Positions 1 to 13,262 of a stretch of 64,000 nucleotides of DNA are shown here, piece by piece. This stretch comes from Lama guanicoe (lineage: Eukaryota), in NCBI GenBank assembly GCA_013239625.1, contig MU053561.1, positions 932,826 to 996,825 on the forward strand, given 5' to 3'. The notes beneath the pieces are model-generated. The model was not told the origin of the DNA, made no database searches, and saw only the letters and a list, made by a program, of their open reading frames with translations. Position numbers and translations under genes: made by a program. The stretch's first letter is position 1; the number at the start of each line of letters is the position of its first letter.

Positions 1-150
1 GTTGGGGGTAACATGGATAAGACTTTATAATGGATTGGATGTGTCTGAGAAAGAGCTGTCAGGGACGACCCCAGGTTTCTGACTTGTGCAACTGGATAGA
101 TGGTGTTGCCATTCACCGAGATAGGGAATACTCTAAGAGGACCAGCCAGA
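1..150 (-). mobile_element. L2 fragment
   Basis: gacgaccccaggtttctgacttgtgcaactggatagatggtgttgccattcaccgagatagggaa resembles antisense L2. Confidence 0.65.
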
Positions 151-2009
151 AGAATTTATAACTTCAATTGGTGTTCTCTCCTCCTGGAAGACTTAACTCC
201 CTAGAAGACAAAGTCTTGTTTATATCTCTCACAGTACCGGCACGAGGCCTTGCACATCATAGGTCTTCATAAATAATTGCTAAGTTGAGGAATCATTACA
301 GTATACCCAGCAAGCAACCAGTGGTGGTTAAGTAATCCTTTACAAAAGGAAAAACAGCACCGAACTCCTTTCCCAGTCAGGATGGTTAAAGGCAGCAGCA
401 CTGAAAATGCACAAACACAGCCAAAAAAGTAGGGGGAAAAAATAAGAGAACAGATCTCTGTGAGCAGATATATGTAGGCAATAATTATTCATCTGGACAC
501 TAATCCTGCCAGAGGGGTGGAGTGGATCCTAAGGAAACGTAGAGGTAACTAGGAACTAAGCGAAAGAAAAACAGTTTAGTCACCAAAGAAGAAGATCAGA
601 CGCATTATTATGTGACAGAAGTTGTAACAATCAGAATTATGAAAGACTTTTGTTTTATGTTGTGTCTAAGAAAGTACTGTCAGGATAAGTGAAAAAAAAA
701 AAGAAAAAGAAAATGGGGGAGAGAGAAGAATATTAATATGGATATCATTATGGACAGTATAAATTTTAAAAGAAAAGCACTAAATTATTTGAAGTGAAAG
801 GAAGACTATGAGGAGGGAGGTTGAAAATGTGAAGAGAATAAGCCCCATAAGCGAGCAGAATCAAAGACAGGCTGAATTAATGTGAAGTGTAAACTCAATG
901 GATGAGAAGTAAGGGCCAAGATAAATTATAGGAGGTGAAAGGAGCAGCAGGAGCAGAGCGAGGAAAGGCTAGAAACAAACAAACTGAAATCAGATGAAAA
1001 AGCCAAGTGGAGCAATAGGTCCAGGTGAAAAAAATTAAAATTTTTTAATCCTTTTTTTTTTTTTAAAGCCAAACCTCACAGAATTGTAAGAAAAGAGGCA
1101 AGGCTCCGACATAAGGCAGAAACGCATGCAGAGTCATTATGAAAACTAAATGTGTTTTCTGTTTAGTTTGGTTGCTTTGTGAATCTGGAACCATTTTGAC
1201 ATGTGGAAATATTCATTTTGATGTGCTTAAAGTGTATTGATTATGGTAATTGTTTTTTCTGTGTTGGTTGCAGTCCATTGTGATTTCCTATGGGCTACTG
1301 TAGTTGCTTTTTAACCTGCCCTGTTGGCTAATTTGGTTTAGGGGAGTCAAGCTGACCTCTGCAGGTCAGCCTCACTGTAATTACAAGACGGGATTGCGAA
1401 GTCCAGTCAAAGAAGAGGAATTTAGAAGGATGGGACATGTGCATGTACACCTCCAAGAGGAATGTGTACAGGGTTGTGGACACTGATGGGAAACATAAAA
1501 AGGAACATTCTTGTTTTTACCACTCACTGAGCCAGTGACTTTCGGCTCCAGGCTGCGTGGAAGAAAGCACTGGACGTGGCCTAACAACCGTGTTGTAGAA
1601 TTGCCTAGTCATTCACTGACCTTAGAAGAGAAACTACATCCTGATCCTCTTTCATGGTCTCTGGATTTTTGTCTTTTTCTTCATTATTCTCTCTGTTTTC
1701 CTTAAATTAAAAGAATCCTCAGAATTCCTATAACATACCATTTATACTTGGGGATTACCCAATCAGATATGTGACCTGTCAGTCTGCAATATGTATTCTA
1801 CCCAAATCAGGATTGCTGCCCAGATCTGTGACTGTCCCTGGGATTATATGTTGATATTTATGTTTGTGGTGTGAATCAGCTATCAAAAAGTGAAAATGGT
1901 CCTGGTTTGTAAAAAGTCACAATGTACCTCACACCAAGGGGTCCCTAATAGTATCTTTTACCATTTTGTCCTTTATGGTGTCAGATAGTAATGAATATAT
2001 AGTATGTGA

Positions 2010-2200
2010 CTAGCCAATGCTTGCTGAGTTCTCGCTGTCGAGTACTATGCTTGGTTTGCTCATTTAATCTTGGAAACAGGAGTATGAGGTAAGCACCATC
2101 GTTATCCTCACTTTAAAGAGGAAAGGGAGGCTCAGAAACTGGAAGAAAGTTGGCTAGTAACTCAATAGCAGCTGGCGGAGCTGTGATTTAAACAGTCTGA
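2010..2200 (-). mobile_element. MIR SINE
   Basis: ctcatttaatc...gttatcctcactttaaagaggaaagggaggctcaga MIR core. Confidence 0.7.
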
Positions 2201-2274
2201 TCATGAGCTGATTTGATTATCATTTTTCTCTTGGTATAAAACTGTATAGACTAAAGTTACTCCCTCTTAAGATC

Positions 2275-2615
2275 ATTTTGTTTATTGAATAAATATTTAT
2301 TGAGCACCTCCTACCTAACAGGCAGCTCTACCAGGTGTTGGAAATAGGTTGAAAAACAAGACAGGCTTTCAAAAAGCTAGCAGGAGAGAAAACAACATAC
2401 AATTAAACGAACAAGTGAAATAAAATAATTAGACTTGGATTAATACTATAAAGAAAATCAATAAGATACTGGGGAAAAAGAATAAGAGGGCAGAGCCAAC
2501 TTTGGAGAGTGTAGTTAGGGAAGGCTTCTCCGAAGAGGTGACATTTAAGCTTAGACCTGAAATAAAAGCACTAGTGGGCAGGAGTTAAGGAAGGAACATT
2601 CTGGTAGAACAGAGG
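2275..2615 (-). mobile_element. L2 3' end
   Basis: aataaatatttattgagcacctcctac...gggaaggcttctccgaagaggtgacatttaagc. Confidence 0.8.
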
Positions 2616-2889
2616 AGCAGTCTGTTCAGTAGATCCAGCTCCCTGCCCTAAACATTTGAATTACAGTACTTTCCAGGATACACGATTGCTTTTTCTGTCT
2701 TGATAGGATCTAGCAGTGGGAGAGTCAGTGGTCTCTTACAGGTTTATTTCAGTGTATTGTTAGCTATTAACTATTATTAAGTATTAGCTACTGTTTCCAT
2801 TCTTACTAACATATTGGTGCACTTCCTCCAAACCAGTTTCTGAGGCTAACACTCCTTGTTTGCACACTTTCTTCCAGGCTCCAAACTGC

Positions 2890-3075
2890 AAGAGTTGCAT
2901 GCATTATTATACTCACTCCTCAAGAAATCCCATAAGTAGGGACTATTATTAATAAAAAAAAAACATATTTAGATTAAATAATTTGCCCAGGAACACCCAA
3001 CTGATGAGTGACATAGCAGGACTCTGACCCTAGAACTGCCTGACACCAGAGCCCCTTACTCAAACAACTGTGGCC
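2890..3075 (-). mobile_element. MIR SINE
   Basis: attaaataatttgcccaggaacacccaactg...ctgcctgacaccagagccc. Confidence 0.65.
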
Positions 3076-3259
3076 CCTCCTGTATATGAATACACATTAT
3101 ATGTATTTTCGAAAAAATTTACATCCCGGGTTTTTTTTTGTCATATTTTTCCACATCATTAAGTGTTTTCTGCCTTTTGCTATATAGATGGTGTTTTCTT
3201 TGCTTTCATCTCTTCCAACGACTTGGAAGGTGTGCATTCTGTTTTTAATTCTGGTAGTG

Positions 3260-3630
3260 ATCATCTTTAAACAAAGACCTCCCACCTGAGAACATTCAGG
3301 CTATTTATTCAGAGTTTGCCAGAGCAGGAGAGCCAGCCACTGTCACTCTGTGTTCTGCAGACTCGAAGGCAGGCAGGGTCGTGGAGAGGCTTGACTAGAA
3401 GTGGGGCATCATATGTGGTTGGTTTGGGAAGCATATTTGACTCTCTCTGGTTGCACAGAGCTTGGACGCAGAATTGGGATGTTGGCAGTCATTGACCAAG
3501 TCTTGACTGTGCTGGGCCCCTTGCTGTAGAGACGTGGTTTGGCTTCCTGGGCTCAGTGCTCCAGAGATTTTGGGTCAGAGTTTTCTGGTCATGTAATGTC
3601 TGGACATTGTCCACTTGTATATGTTTCTCA
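3260..3630 (-). mobile_element. Probable ERV1-class solo LTR (MER90-like, from recall)
   Basis: gtcattgaccaagtcttgactg, gtggtttggcttcctgggct and ggtcagagttttctggtcat resemble this LTR family; ends in ...tctca. Confidence 0.5.
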
Positions 3631-4672
3631 CTCTTCAAAATTATATTTTTGAGTCTTTTTTAAATCATTCCAGATAAAAAATGATATGGTATCATGTAAG
3701 ATGGATTATTAATCACACTTTCAGGTTCTCAGTCTATATTCACACTTCCTTTTGATTTTGTAAACTAACCTGGGATTTTTCAACAAAGATTGTTGTTATA
3801 AATGGCTTGATTTTAGATTATTTTCTATTTTGAATTGTTACCAAAACTTAGACGTAATGTTTTTATTCTTTACAGCCTATCTTTATACCTTGGCATCTCC
3901 ATTTCCAAGTTCTTGAGTCCATAGATTTGAATCAAAAATTTTTCCAGTCCTTTACATGCCTGAGAATTTCTTTCTGTTCAGCTTGCCTCATCTGTAAAAT
4001 GGGATGAAGTACAATAATAATACATTAAAAATTCTTAGTAAAGTGTACAGCATATGGAAAGTATACAATAGCTATTAGCTACTTTATTATCATCATAATA
4101 ATGATCATTATAGTTCACATCTAAAAGACAGCATGGCTAGATTTTTAATGCTTTTTTCTCACAATCCTATAAACATAGTTCCATTTTGTGTTATTAACCT
4201 GATTTCTCTTATTTTTGTCGTTATTTTTGACTGTGATGTATAGGATTTTTTCCATTAACTTTGTGATTTACAAATTTTTCTGGGTTGTGTTTTGTTGTGA
4301 GTCTCTAGGGTTTTTTTCCCTGAAACCTGCCTAGTTCCTTGAATATGCATACTCAGTTTTGTCTACCTGTTATTTGCCTGTCATACTTCTTTCTTTTTCC
4401 TCTTGCTGTGAGGTCCTACAGAGCTTCATGTTTCTCTTCCAAGGTCACTGATATGACCTGTCCTTAGGATTCTGCACCTACTGCTCCTGATTCTTCTATT
4501 GTGTGTTTGATTTTCTTTAATTCATCATTTCACTTTCTCTTCATTTTATTATTTTCTATCACCACCTGTTTTTCTCCTTTTCTGATTTCTTGCTCATACC
4601 TTATAATAGCCATGGCTTTTTGAATCCTATTGAGGTTACCAAGTAATTTTCTTTAAGAAACAAAATAGAACA

Positions 4673-4780
4673 GGGGGAAGGTATAGTTCAGTGGTAGAGT
4701 GTGTGCTCAGCATGCATGAGTTCCTGGGTTCAATTCCCAGCACCTCCATTAAAAACACAAAAACAAAACAACTATAAAAT
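4673..4780 (+). mobile_element. tRNA-Ala-derived SINE (camelid vic-1-like) with A-rich tail
   Basis: GGGGGAAGGTATAGTTCAGTGGTAGAGTGTGTGCTCAGCATGCATGAGTTCCTGGGTTCAATTCCCAGCACCTCCA has A and B boxes and a tRNA-Ala(AGC)-like body, followed by an A-rich tail. Confidence 0.8.
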
Positions 4781-4929
4781 TAACTTTCAAATGTTTGACC
4801 TTCCTCAGGATCTAAAGGGTAAAATTCCCTTTCCTTTGTTCCACAATATTTTTCATAGGCTCTGTTTTGGGCTCTTTTACTTGTTTGTTTATTTGATTGA
4901 TTGGTTGATTTTTTATGTAATGGGCTTTT

Positions 4930-5988
4930 CTTTAACATTTTTTATTGATTTATAATCATTTTACAATGTTGTGTCAAATTCCAGTGTGGAGCACAATTTT
5001 TCAATTATACATGAACATATATATATTCATTGTCACATTTTTTTCTCTGTGAACTACCATAAGATCTTGTATATATTTCCCTGTGCTATACAGTATAATC
5101 TTGTTTATCTATTCTACAATTTTGAAATCCCAGTCTACCCCTTCCCACCCCCTGCCTCCTTGGCAACCACAAGTTTGTATTCTATGTCTGTGAGTCTATT
5201 TCTGTTTTGTATTTATGCCTTGTTTGTTTGTTGTTTTTTAGATTCCACATATGAGCGATCTCATATGGTATTTTTCTTTCTCTTTCTGGCTTACTTCACT
5301 TAGAATGACATTCTCCAGGAGAATCCATGTTGCTGCAAATGGTGTTATGTTGTCGGTTTTTATGGCTGAATAGTATTCCATTGTATAAATATACCACCTC
5401 TTCTTTATCCAGTAATCTGTTGGTGGACATTTAGGCTGTTTCCATGTCTCGGCTATTGTAAATAGTGCTGCTATGAACATTGGGGTCCAGGTGTCATTTT
5501 GAAGTAGGGTTCCTTCTGGATATATGCCCAGGAGCAGGATTCCTGGGTCATATGGTAAGTCTATTCCTAGTCTTTTGAGGAAACTCCATACTGTTTTCCA
5601 CAGTGGCTGCACCAAACTGCATTCCCACCAGCAGTGAAGGAGAGTTCCCTTTTCTCCACAGCCTCTCCAGCATTTGTCATTTGTGGATTTTTGAATGATG
5701 GCCATTCTAACTGGTGTGAGGTGATACCTTATTGTAGTTTTGACCTGCATTTCTCTGATAATTAGTGATATTGAGCATTTTTTCATGTGTCTATTGATCA
5801 TTTGTATGTTTTCCTTAGAGAATTGCTTGTTTAGGTCTTCTGCCCATTTTTGGATTGGGTTGTTTATTTTTTTCTTATTGAGTCGTATGAGCTGCTTATA
5901 TATTCTGGAGATCAAGCCTTTGTTGGTTTCATTTGCAAAAATTTTTTCCCATTCCGTAGGTTGTCTTTCTGTTTTACTTACAGTTTCC
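4930..5988 (-). mobile_element. Young 5'-truncated LINE-1 (ORF2 C-terminus plus 3'UTR)
   Basis: Open ORF2 C-terminal frame ending at 5238 with the [18 protein letters not shown] zinc knuckle. TSD ttatgtaatgggctttt (4913-4929) / ttatgtattcggctttt (5989-6005), 15 of 17 identical, at a TTTT/AA site. Confidence 0.95.
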
Positions 5989-6344
5989 TTATGTATTCGG
6001 CTTTTAAAATCCATATCAGAACAAGAAAACTATATTCAAATAGTGCCTGTCAGTAGACAAAATCTATGAAAGGCCCTCGTGTCCACTGTCTGCGTACCTT
6101 GATGCTCATTGAAGTCCCTGCACAGAATCCAACAGGAGGACAGAATAGTGTGCTGTGCTCCTAACCCAGGTGCTTGTGTTGCTCAACTTCGTTAGTATTT
6201 CTGGTCTGAGATAGATTTCCTCCTACTGTCTGCCTAGCTCTTGCATTCTCTGAGCAGATGTATCATGTGAAAAAGAACAGCCTTACCAGGATACTCTGCT
6301 TCCAGGTCTCATCCTGCCTCAGTCTCTCACCTTAAGCAGTTTAC

Positions 6345-6480
6345 TTTTTCATTCATTCATTCAACAGGTATTCCTTGAGTGGAGCCCATCCCCAGTCAGA
6401 AAACATTCTGTTTCCTGGGGTACAGTAATGGACAAGGCAAACAAGTCTGTGCTGTTATAGAATTCCATTCTCATTCTTAT
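6345..6480 (-). mobile_element. L2 3' end
   Basis: (ttca)n tail attcattcattcaac followed by an L2-like body. Confidence 0.65.
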
Positions 6481-6774
6481 GAAGAAGAAGTGTACCGTGA
6501 CCACTTCCTGCTGCCTCCACTGCTTGTAATGTTTCCTGAGAGCAGAATGTAGAAAGAGTCAGGCTGATGAAGAGAAAGGGATCCATATCAGAATATCAGT
6601 CTAGCTGTGACAGAGGGATGTCTGTCCTCATCTCCAGTTGGGATAGGTTTCCAACAATGGGGGCATTTGCTCTGACTTTGCAGGAAGCTCAGTTAGTTGC
6701 TCTTTTCAGTTCAGTTCTGTTGATTTCACAGTTAATGAAAAGTCTTCTCAAATTCTGTTTTAGGTTTAACTCTT

Positions 6775-6920
6775 CTTTTTAACACCTTTATCATGGTATG
6801 ATTCCTGTACAGTAAACTACACATATTTCGGATGTACAATTTGATGAATTTTGGTAGATGCATACACCAATGAAACCACCACCACAATCAAGATAGCTAA
6901 CATTTCCATCACTCCTCAAG
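6775..6920 (-). mobile_element. Old L1M 3'UTR fragment
   Basis: gtacaatttgatgaattttgg...accaccacaatcaagatagctaacatttccatcactcc. Confidence 0.7.
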
Positions 6921-7649
6921 AGGTGCAAATTTCAAATTCCCAATTTATCTCTTCCCACCCTCTTAAGACTCCTAGTTATATGTTTGACTCTTGATGCTAA
7001 TTTTCAGTTATTTTTTTTCCTCTGTCTTCCAGAGTATTTTAGTAAGAAATTGAGACAGGTTATCTTGGACTGCAATGCTGACATCATTTTAAAACTGGAA
7101 TGTTGATTCTTTAGTGTTGAGTTTGGAAGTAAACGTGGGATATGTAATACCAATGTCTAGTAGGAAGGCAGAGATCCAGTCCTAACCCTTCAGAGAGATG
7201 GCAGAGCTAGGGACAGAGCCCTAAAATCATCAGAAGAGAAGGGACATGTGGATCCTCAGGTGAAAGTTAATAAGCTCTCCAATGATGGGAGAGAACTACA
7301 GAGCCATGACCATGTTTTCAGAAATGTCAACATCTGGGGGACAAAAGGAGACTAAGCCAACACGTTGCCCTCTGTTGATTTGATTTTCTTTTTACTCTCC
7401 CGAGAAAATTTATACATGAATGAATAAATATTCATCAGGGCTTGGTTATCCACTTAGCTAAATATGCATGATGACCCTGGACTTTTTTTTTCCACCTCAT
7501 AAACTGTCCCTCTTTTTGGCCAAGCTAGAGAAAAGTTGAAATCAGAGTTAGATAATGAGTGAACCTCTAGTTATTTGAGATATGTGTCTTGAGCAGTTTT
7601 CTGAAATACAGTCTACCATTTCAGAATTCTCTTTCCTACATAGCTACCA

Positions 7650-7830
7650 TTATTTTAAGGCTTAGCAAATTCCAGGCACTGTGGTAAGCACTTTACATGC
7701 ATTATCTCATTTAATCTCCACAACAATAGTATGGGGTAAATATTAATACTCCCATTTTATAGTAAGAAAGTTTTCTATGATAGAAATTCTATGATTTACC
7801 CAAAGTCACATACACAAAAAATGAGAGTAG
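7650..7830 (-). mobile_element. MIR SINE
   Basis: ccaggcactgtggtaagcactttacatgcattatctcatttaatctccacaacaa...cccatttta. Confidence 0.8.
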
Positions 7831-8484
7831 CAACTGCATAGGTATTTGAGAGGCTATATGAAAACATAGCTAATGTTCAGGGATTTTTTTAATAAATAAA
7901 ATATATTGCTTCTGTGCAAAAGATGTCAAAGAGTTGCTTTGACGCCTACTGCTTATTCTAACATTCAAGACGTTTATCAACATTTCCTTTGGAGATATAT
8001 TCAGAATTATTTTGCGATATAAAAATTAGTTTCTTAACTGGCAATCATACCTTGTTTTTGGCTGAAAAGTATTGAACACTCATTCAACATATTTGTCTCC
8101 ACAGGACTTTTGGGTTATTATAAAAAATAATTTTTTTCACTTGAATCAAAATTTCTCCCTATGTAAATATTCAAAAGAATCTGCTGCAAAATAATGTACG
8201 TTCCTTATAGTTCTGTAACTATAGTAAGAAACACTTTTATGCATCTATTAAAATTCTGTTAATGAAGAACACATAGAATCATGGGAACTACCTATTATGC
8301 TAACATAAAAGATGGTATGCATATTACAACTGCAGTTATGTAAAAGTATGCATCCATAGAGACAAAAACAAAGACTAGAAAGTAATTTGCAGAAATTAAG
8401 TATGATTGCAAAATTATGAGGGATATTTCAGAATTTTTCAAAATCTTCTCAAGTCTAGTTACTGTAGTAAAGTAGCTAGTCTTT

Positions 8485-10060
8485 TTTTAAAATTGAATTA
8501 ACATATACTCTTATGTTAGTTTCAGGAGTACAACATAGGAATTTGATGTCTACATACATCTCGAAATGATCACCATGAAAAAGTCTAGTTACTGTCACCA
8601 TACAAAGTTAATACAATATCGACTATATTTCCTATGGTGTACATTACATCTCCATGAGTTAATCATTTTATAACTAGTAGTTTGTACCTCTCTATCCCCC
8701 CTATCCATTTTGCCCACCCTCCAACTCCCATCCCCTCTAGCAACTACCAGTCTGTTCTTTGTATCTGTGAGTCTTGTTTTATTTTGTTTTGTTTGTTCAT
8801 TTGTTTTGTTTTTCAGGTTCCACATATAAGTGAAAACATACAACATTGGTCTTTCTTTGACTTACTTCACTAAGCATAATACCCTCCAGTTTCATCCAGG
8901 TTGTTGCAAATGGCAGGATTTCGTTCTTTTTTATGGCTGAGTAATATTTTATTATGGTGTGTACACACACACACACACATACCCCACAGCTGCTTTTATC
9001 CATTCATCTGTTAATGGGCATTTAGGTTGCTTCCATATTGTGGCTATTGTAAACAATGAACATAGGGGTGCATAAATCTTTTCAAATTTATGTTTTTATT
9101 TTCTTTGGATAAATAACCAGAAGTGGAATTGCTGATTCTTATGGTAGTTCTATTTTTAATTTTTTGAAGAACCTTCATACTGTTCTCCATAGTGGCTGCA
9201 CGAATTTATATTCCCACCAGCCGTGCACAGGGGTTCCCTTTTCTCTGCATCATCACCAACACCTGTTATTTCTTTGTCTTTTTGATTATAGCTATTCTGA
9301 AGGGTATAAGGTGATATCTCATTGTGGTTTTGATTTGCATTTCCCTGATAATTAGTGATGTGAAACATCTTTTCATGAGTCTATTGGCCATCTGTGTGTC
9401 TTCTTTGGAAAAATGTCTATTCAGGTCCTCTGTCCACTTTTTCATCAGATTTTTTTTTACATTGAGCTATATGAATTCTTTGTATATTTTGGATATTAAC
9501 TCCTTACTTGGTATATCATTTGCAAACATCTCCTATTTGGTAGTTTGCCTTTCGTTTTCCTGATGGTTTCCTTCACTGTACTGTTTAGTTTGATGTGGTC
9601 CCATTTGTTTAATTTTGCTTTTTTATTGTCCTTGTCTACGGAGTCAGATCCAAAAAAAATCCTTAAGACTGATATCAAGGAGATTGCTCCCTATGTTTTC
9701 TTCTAAGAATTTTATGGTTTCAGCTTTTACATTCAAGTGTTTTATCCTTTTGAGTTATTTTTTGAATGTAGTATAAGATACTGGTCCAGTTTGATTTTTT
9801 TGCATATAGCTGTCCATTTTTCTTAGCACCATTTATTGAAGAGTGTCTTTCCCCCACTGTCTATTCTTGCCTCCTTTGTCATAGATTGACAATACCTGCA
9901 TTTATTTATTTCTAGGCTCTCTATTCTGTTCCATTGATCTATGTGTCTGTTTTTGTACCAGTACCATACTGTTTTGATTACTGTGTAGTTTGAAAATCTA
10001 GGCTAAAGTAGCTAGTATATATCAAATCAAGTCAGACAGCGTATACTTTGAAATCAAGGC
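8485..10060 (-). mobile_element. Older 5'-truncated LINE-1 (L1MA-like) with a frameshifted ORF2 end
   Basis: ORF2 remnants in several frames (YYSAIKKNEILPFATTWM, KLNKWDHIKL); perfect 17-bp TSD taaagtagctagtcttt at 8468-8484 and 10061-10077. Confidence 0.92.
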
Positions 10061-11511
10061 TAAAGTAGCTAGTCTTTATGGTAATCAAAGCTGCCTTCAT
10101 TTCCTTATGCTCTGAACAACGATGTTAAATAAACCAGTAGCTGTGGACAGTCATTCGCAAGGAAAATAATATCTCTGACAGTTTTTCAAGGACGACTAAT
10201 TAACCATGGGGCTAGGAGATACTCTCTATAACGAAGTACCATAGTTTTCTAGCAGTTTTTCTTTCCTGTGGTTGTTTTTAAAAGTTGTTATTGTTCCACT
10301 CGTATGTACAATTATCATTTAAATATTCAAGTTGACTTTAAGGCTGCTGCTCTCATGGGAAGAATGTTAAGCATTCTTGATCAAGAAACTACAGCATTTT
10401 ATTAACTGTATTATCAAATGTAAATTCCTAGCCAGACATTAAAGACTTAAAACTACCTGTCTCCTTCCCCAGTAATATTTTAGTATAATTTTCCCCCTCA
10501 AGACTTCTCTATAATGATTAATTCTTCCCTTGTTTTATGTACCTCCTCATGATCCAACACTGCAAACTTTATATATGGGATTAAAATAATTAAAGTCCCT
10601 ATATTTTGATAATTTTTGTTTCACATCTTCATTTTTTAATAAAATAAAATATTGCAGATAAAATTCAGGCCCTTTGTTTCTTTCCCCAGACCCATTCTCT
10701 TTCCTTCTTTAGAGGCAGCTATGATCTTGCATTTGTGGAGGAATCTCCAATATGTTTTTGTACTTTTATATATGGACCTATAAACAATATATAATGTTAT
10801 TGTATGTACTTTTAAGATTTACAAGTGAGCAGCTACATGCAAAAGACAAGTAGAGAAGACTCTACATGTCTTCTGTGACTTGCTTTTTTCATTCAACATT
10901 GTTTTGAGATCCATCTACATTGTACTAATAGATTTTGTTCATTTATTTTAAGTTCCCTGGAGAATATTAATGGTCTCGTGATTGCAGTTTACTTGAAAAC
11001 AAAGGAGCATATTCCAAAAAGATCTTAGGTTACCCACTGTGTGACAAGGAGGGAAAACTCTTGCCCAAAGAGCTTTCTGCCATCTTTGATTTGGAGAGTG
11101 GGGTGGAGTGTCTTTCAAGTGTAAACACCACCTCTGAAGTAAAAAGCATCTGGTCAAGGCTAGGATAATATGTGCCGACTGGGTGAGGGAATGGGGAGTA
11201 GTTTAAAATACAAGTATGCTTAGAGCATATGCTGTTTAAGATACCATTCCTCCCTCCCAGCAAGAGCCTGTCACACTGGTGTTGATGGCTGTGTTCTTCT
11301 GCTATGGAAGAAACAGAACTAGAGTAGACAAACGTCTCTTTGGCATTTGTCCGATACACAGATAAAGACTTGGGTCTCAACATTCCCTCTGTAGCTGGTG
11401 AACATTTGTTGAACACCAACAGTGAAATAGGCACAGGAAATGCAGCTGCTTGCAATATCATTTCAGTGTAAGCAGGAGCCTTGCTGAATTTTCCTGCCTG
11501 TCTTTTATTAA

Positions 11512-11637
<126 letters not shown>

Positions 11638-11924
11638 TAACAAATGTGAAATTGTTAAATCAGGGTGCATTTGGAAGAGAGGATTGGATGACGGACCGAG
11701 GCTTGGAACTTTCTTGGGACTAAACTTGGCTTTGTCATGGATAGGCTTCAGGATTTGTAATGAGAATTGTATCCTTTTCTGTAATGTAATGTAGGACTCT
11801 TCAGATTATTGAAAAAAAAAAACGAGGAAAGTTTGAAAAATATGGGAGAGACTAGAAACTAAAAATAATCATTTTTGTTATAAAATATTGCATTATATAT
11901 ATAAAAACACATCTCATTTAGTAG

Positions 11925-12070
11925 AGCAGGTATCTTTCCCTGTTCTGTGGTTGAGGAAAGAAACTAAGGCTTGGCAAGGCTGATTCTGTGTCCAAGTCAT
12001 GGATCTGGTTGGTGGCAAACCTGGGCCCTACATTGAGGCCTCTGGTTCCAAAGCCAGTTGACCTTGTGTT
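11925..12070 (-). mobile_element. MIR SINE in the last WARS2 intron
   Basis: gaaactaaggcttgg...tccaagtcatggatctggttggtggcaaacctggg. Confidence 0.6.
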
Positions 12071-12912
12071 CCCTATTCACGAAGTCAAAAGTGTAAGAAC
12101 TGCCGGATCATAATCTAGATATAACAAGAGGGCATTCATTATCCTCGCATTCTGCCTTCTTAAATGCACGACCCAGACGGAATGTGCAACCTACCTACTG
12201 AATCCAAAACCTCGCCTGCAGCTTGCAAGGCTGTGCTGCGCTGGAATCTTCTCGAGGGAAGAAGCTGTAAATCTCTATCAGCATTTTGGTAGCAATGTAA
12301 ACTTGTGGCAAGGGCAGAAATCACTGAATTTAAGCTCTGTCCATCGTTATTAAGCTGACAGCGTTTTAGAGAGTGTAACTCATGCCTAGTATCAATTTAG
12401 AAGCATAAGGCGGCTGTAAATTTCTAAGTTATTCCGACAGTTCACACAAAGCCCATGCATTGAAATCACCTTCTTTTAGCAATAAGGACTATTTTAATGC
12501 TTTGACCAATTATTATTTTACCTATTTTAACTTTATATGTTTCTGTAAAAGCCATAAATTAGGCAATTATTAATAACATTGGTTTATGAAGCACAGCTTA
12601 ACATCTTGATTCTATCAGAGCAATAAACAAGTCACTTGTTTCATTCTCACACGTGTATATGTGTGTGTTAGCAATTACTTACATAATCATGGGTAAAGAA
12701 ATGGAAAGATGCCACAGGTTGTGTAAACCAGCACGAGGGCAGGAGGGGCAGTGGTTGTTGGCAGGGGTGATTAACCAGTAGGGAAGACCAGAGGGGAAAG
12801 AAATAGACAATATTTGTTAACAGGTATTCACAGCAAAAACAGTATGATTGATACAATTTCATTTGTGTAAGATTGTACATTTTTATGTATATATGTACAT
12901 TAAAAGATGCAT

Positions 12913-13262
12913 CAGAGGGAGGGAGGAATGAATAGATGGAGCATAAGGGATTTTTAGGGCAATGAAATTATTCTGCACGATACTATAGTGGTGGCTACAT
13001 GTCATTATGCATTTGTCAAAACGCATAGAATGCACAACATCAAGAGTGAACCCTAATGTAAACTATGGACTTTGCTTGATAATAAGGTGTCCTGCCATGT
13101 TGGTTCATCAATTGTACCAAATATGCCACACTGATGAGGGATGTTGAGGGTAGGGGAGTATATATGTGTGAGTGGGGAGGGCTGTGTGCAAACTCTCTGT
13201 ATTTTCTGCTCAATTCTGCTGTGAACCTGAAACTACTCTTAAAAAATAGTCCATTAATAAAG
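12913..13262 (+). mobile_element. L1MC-type 3'UTR fragment, sense orientation, in the last WARS2 intron
   Basis: aagagtgaaccctaatgtaaactatggacttt L1MC signature; TSD aaaagatgcat at 12902-12912 and 13263-13273; AATAAA at 13256-13261. Confidence 0.88.

Noticed and set aside
400..1140. Strongly purine-skewed stretch
   Set aside because: No periodicity, ORF or recognisable consensus; most likely a decayed LINE or low-complexity sequence
4673..4748. Functional tRNA-Ala gene
   Set aside because: Extra 5' bases, stem mismatches and an A-rich tail with no T-run terminator indicate a SINE
5238..6014. 258-aa ORF as a host gene
   Set aside because: It is the C-terminus of L1 ORF2 in a 5'-truncated copy with no promoter; the apparent start lies in flanking DNA
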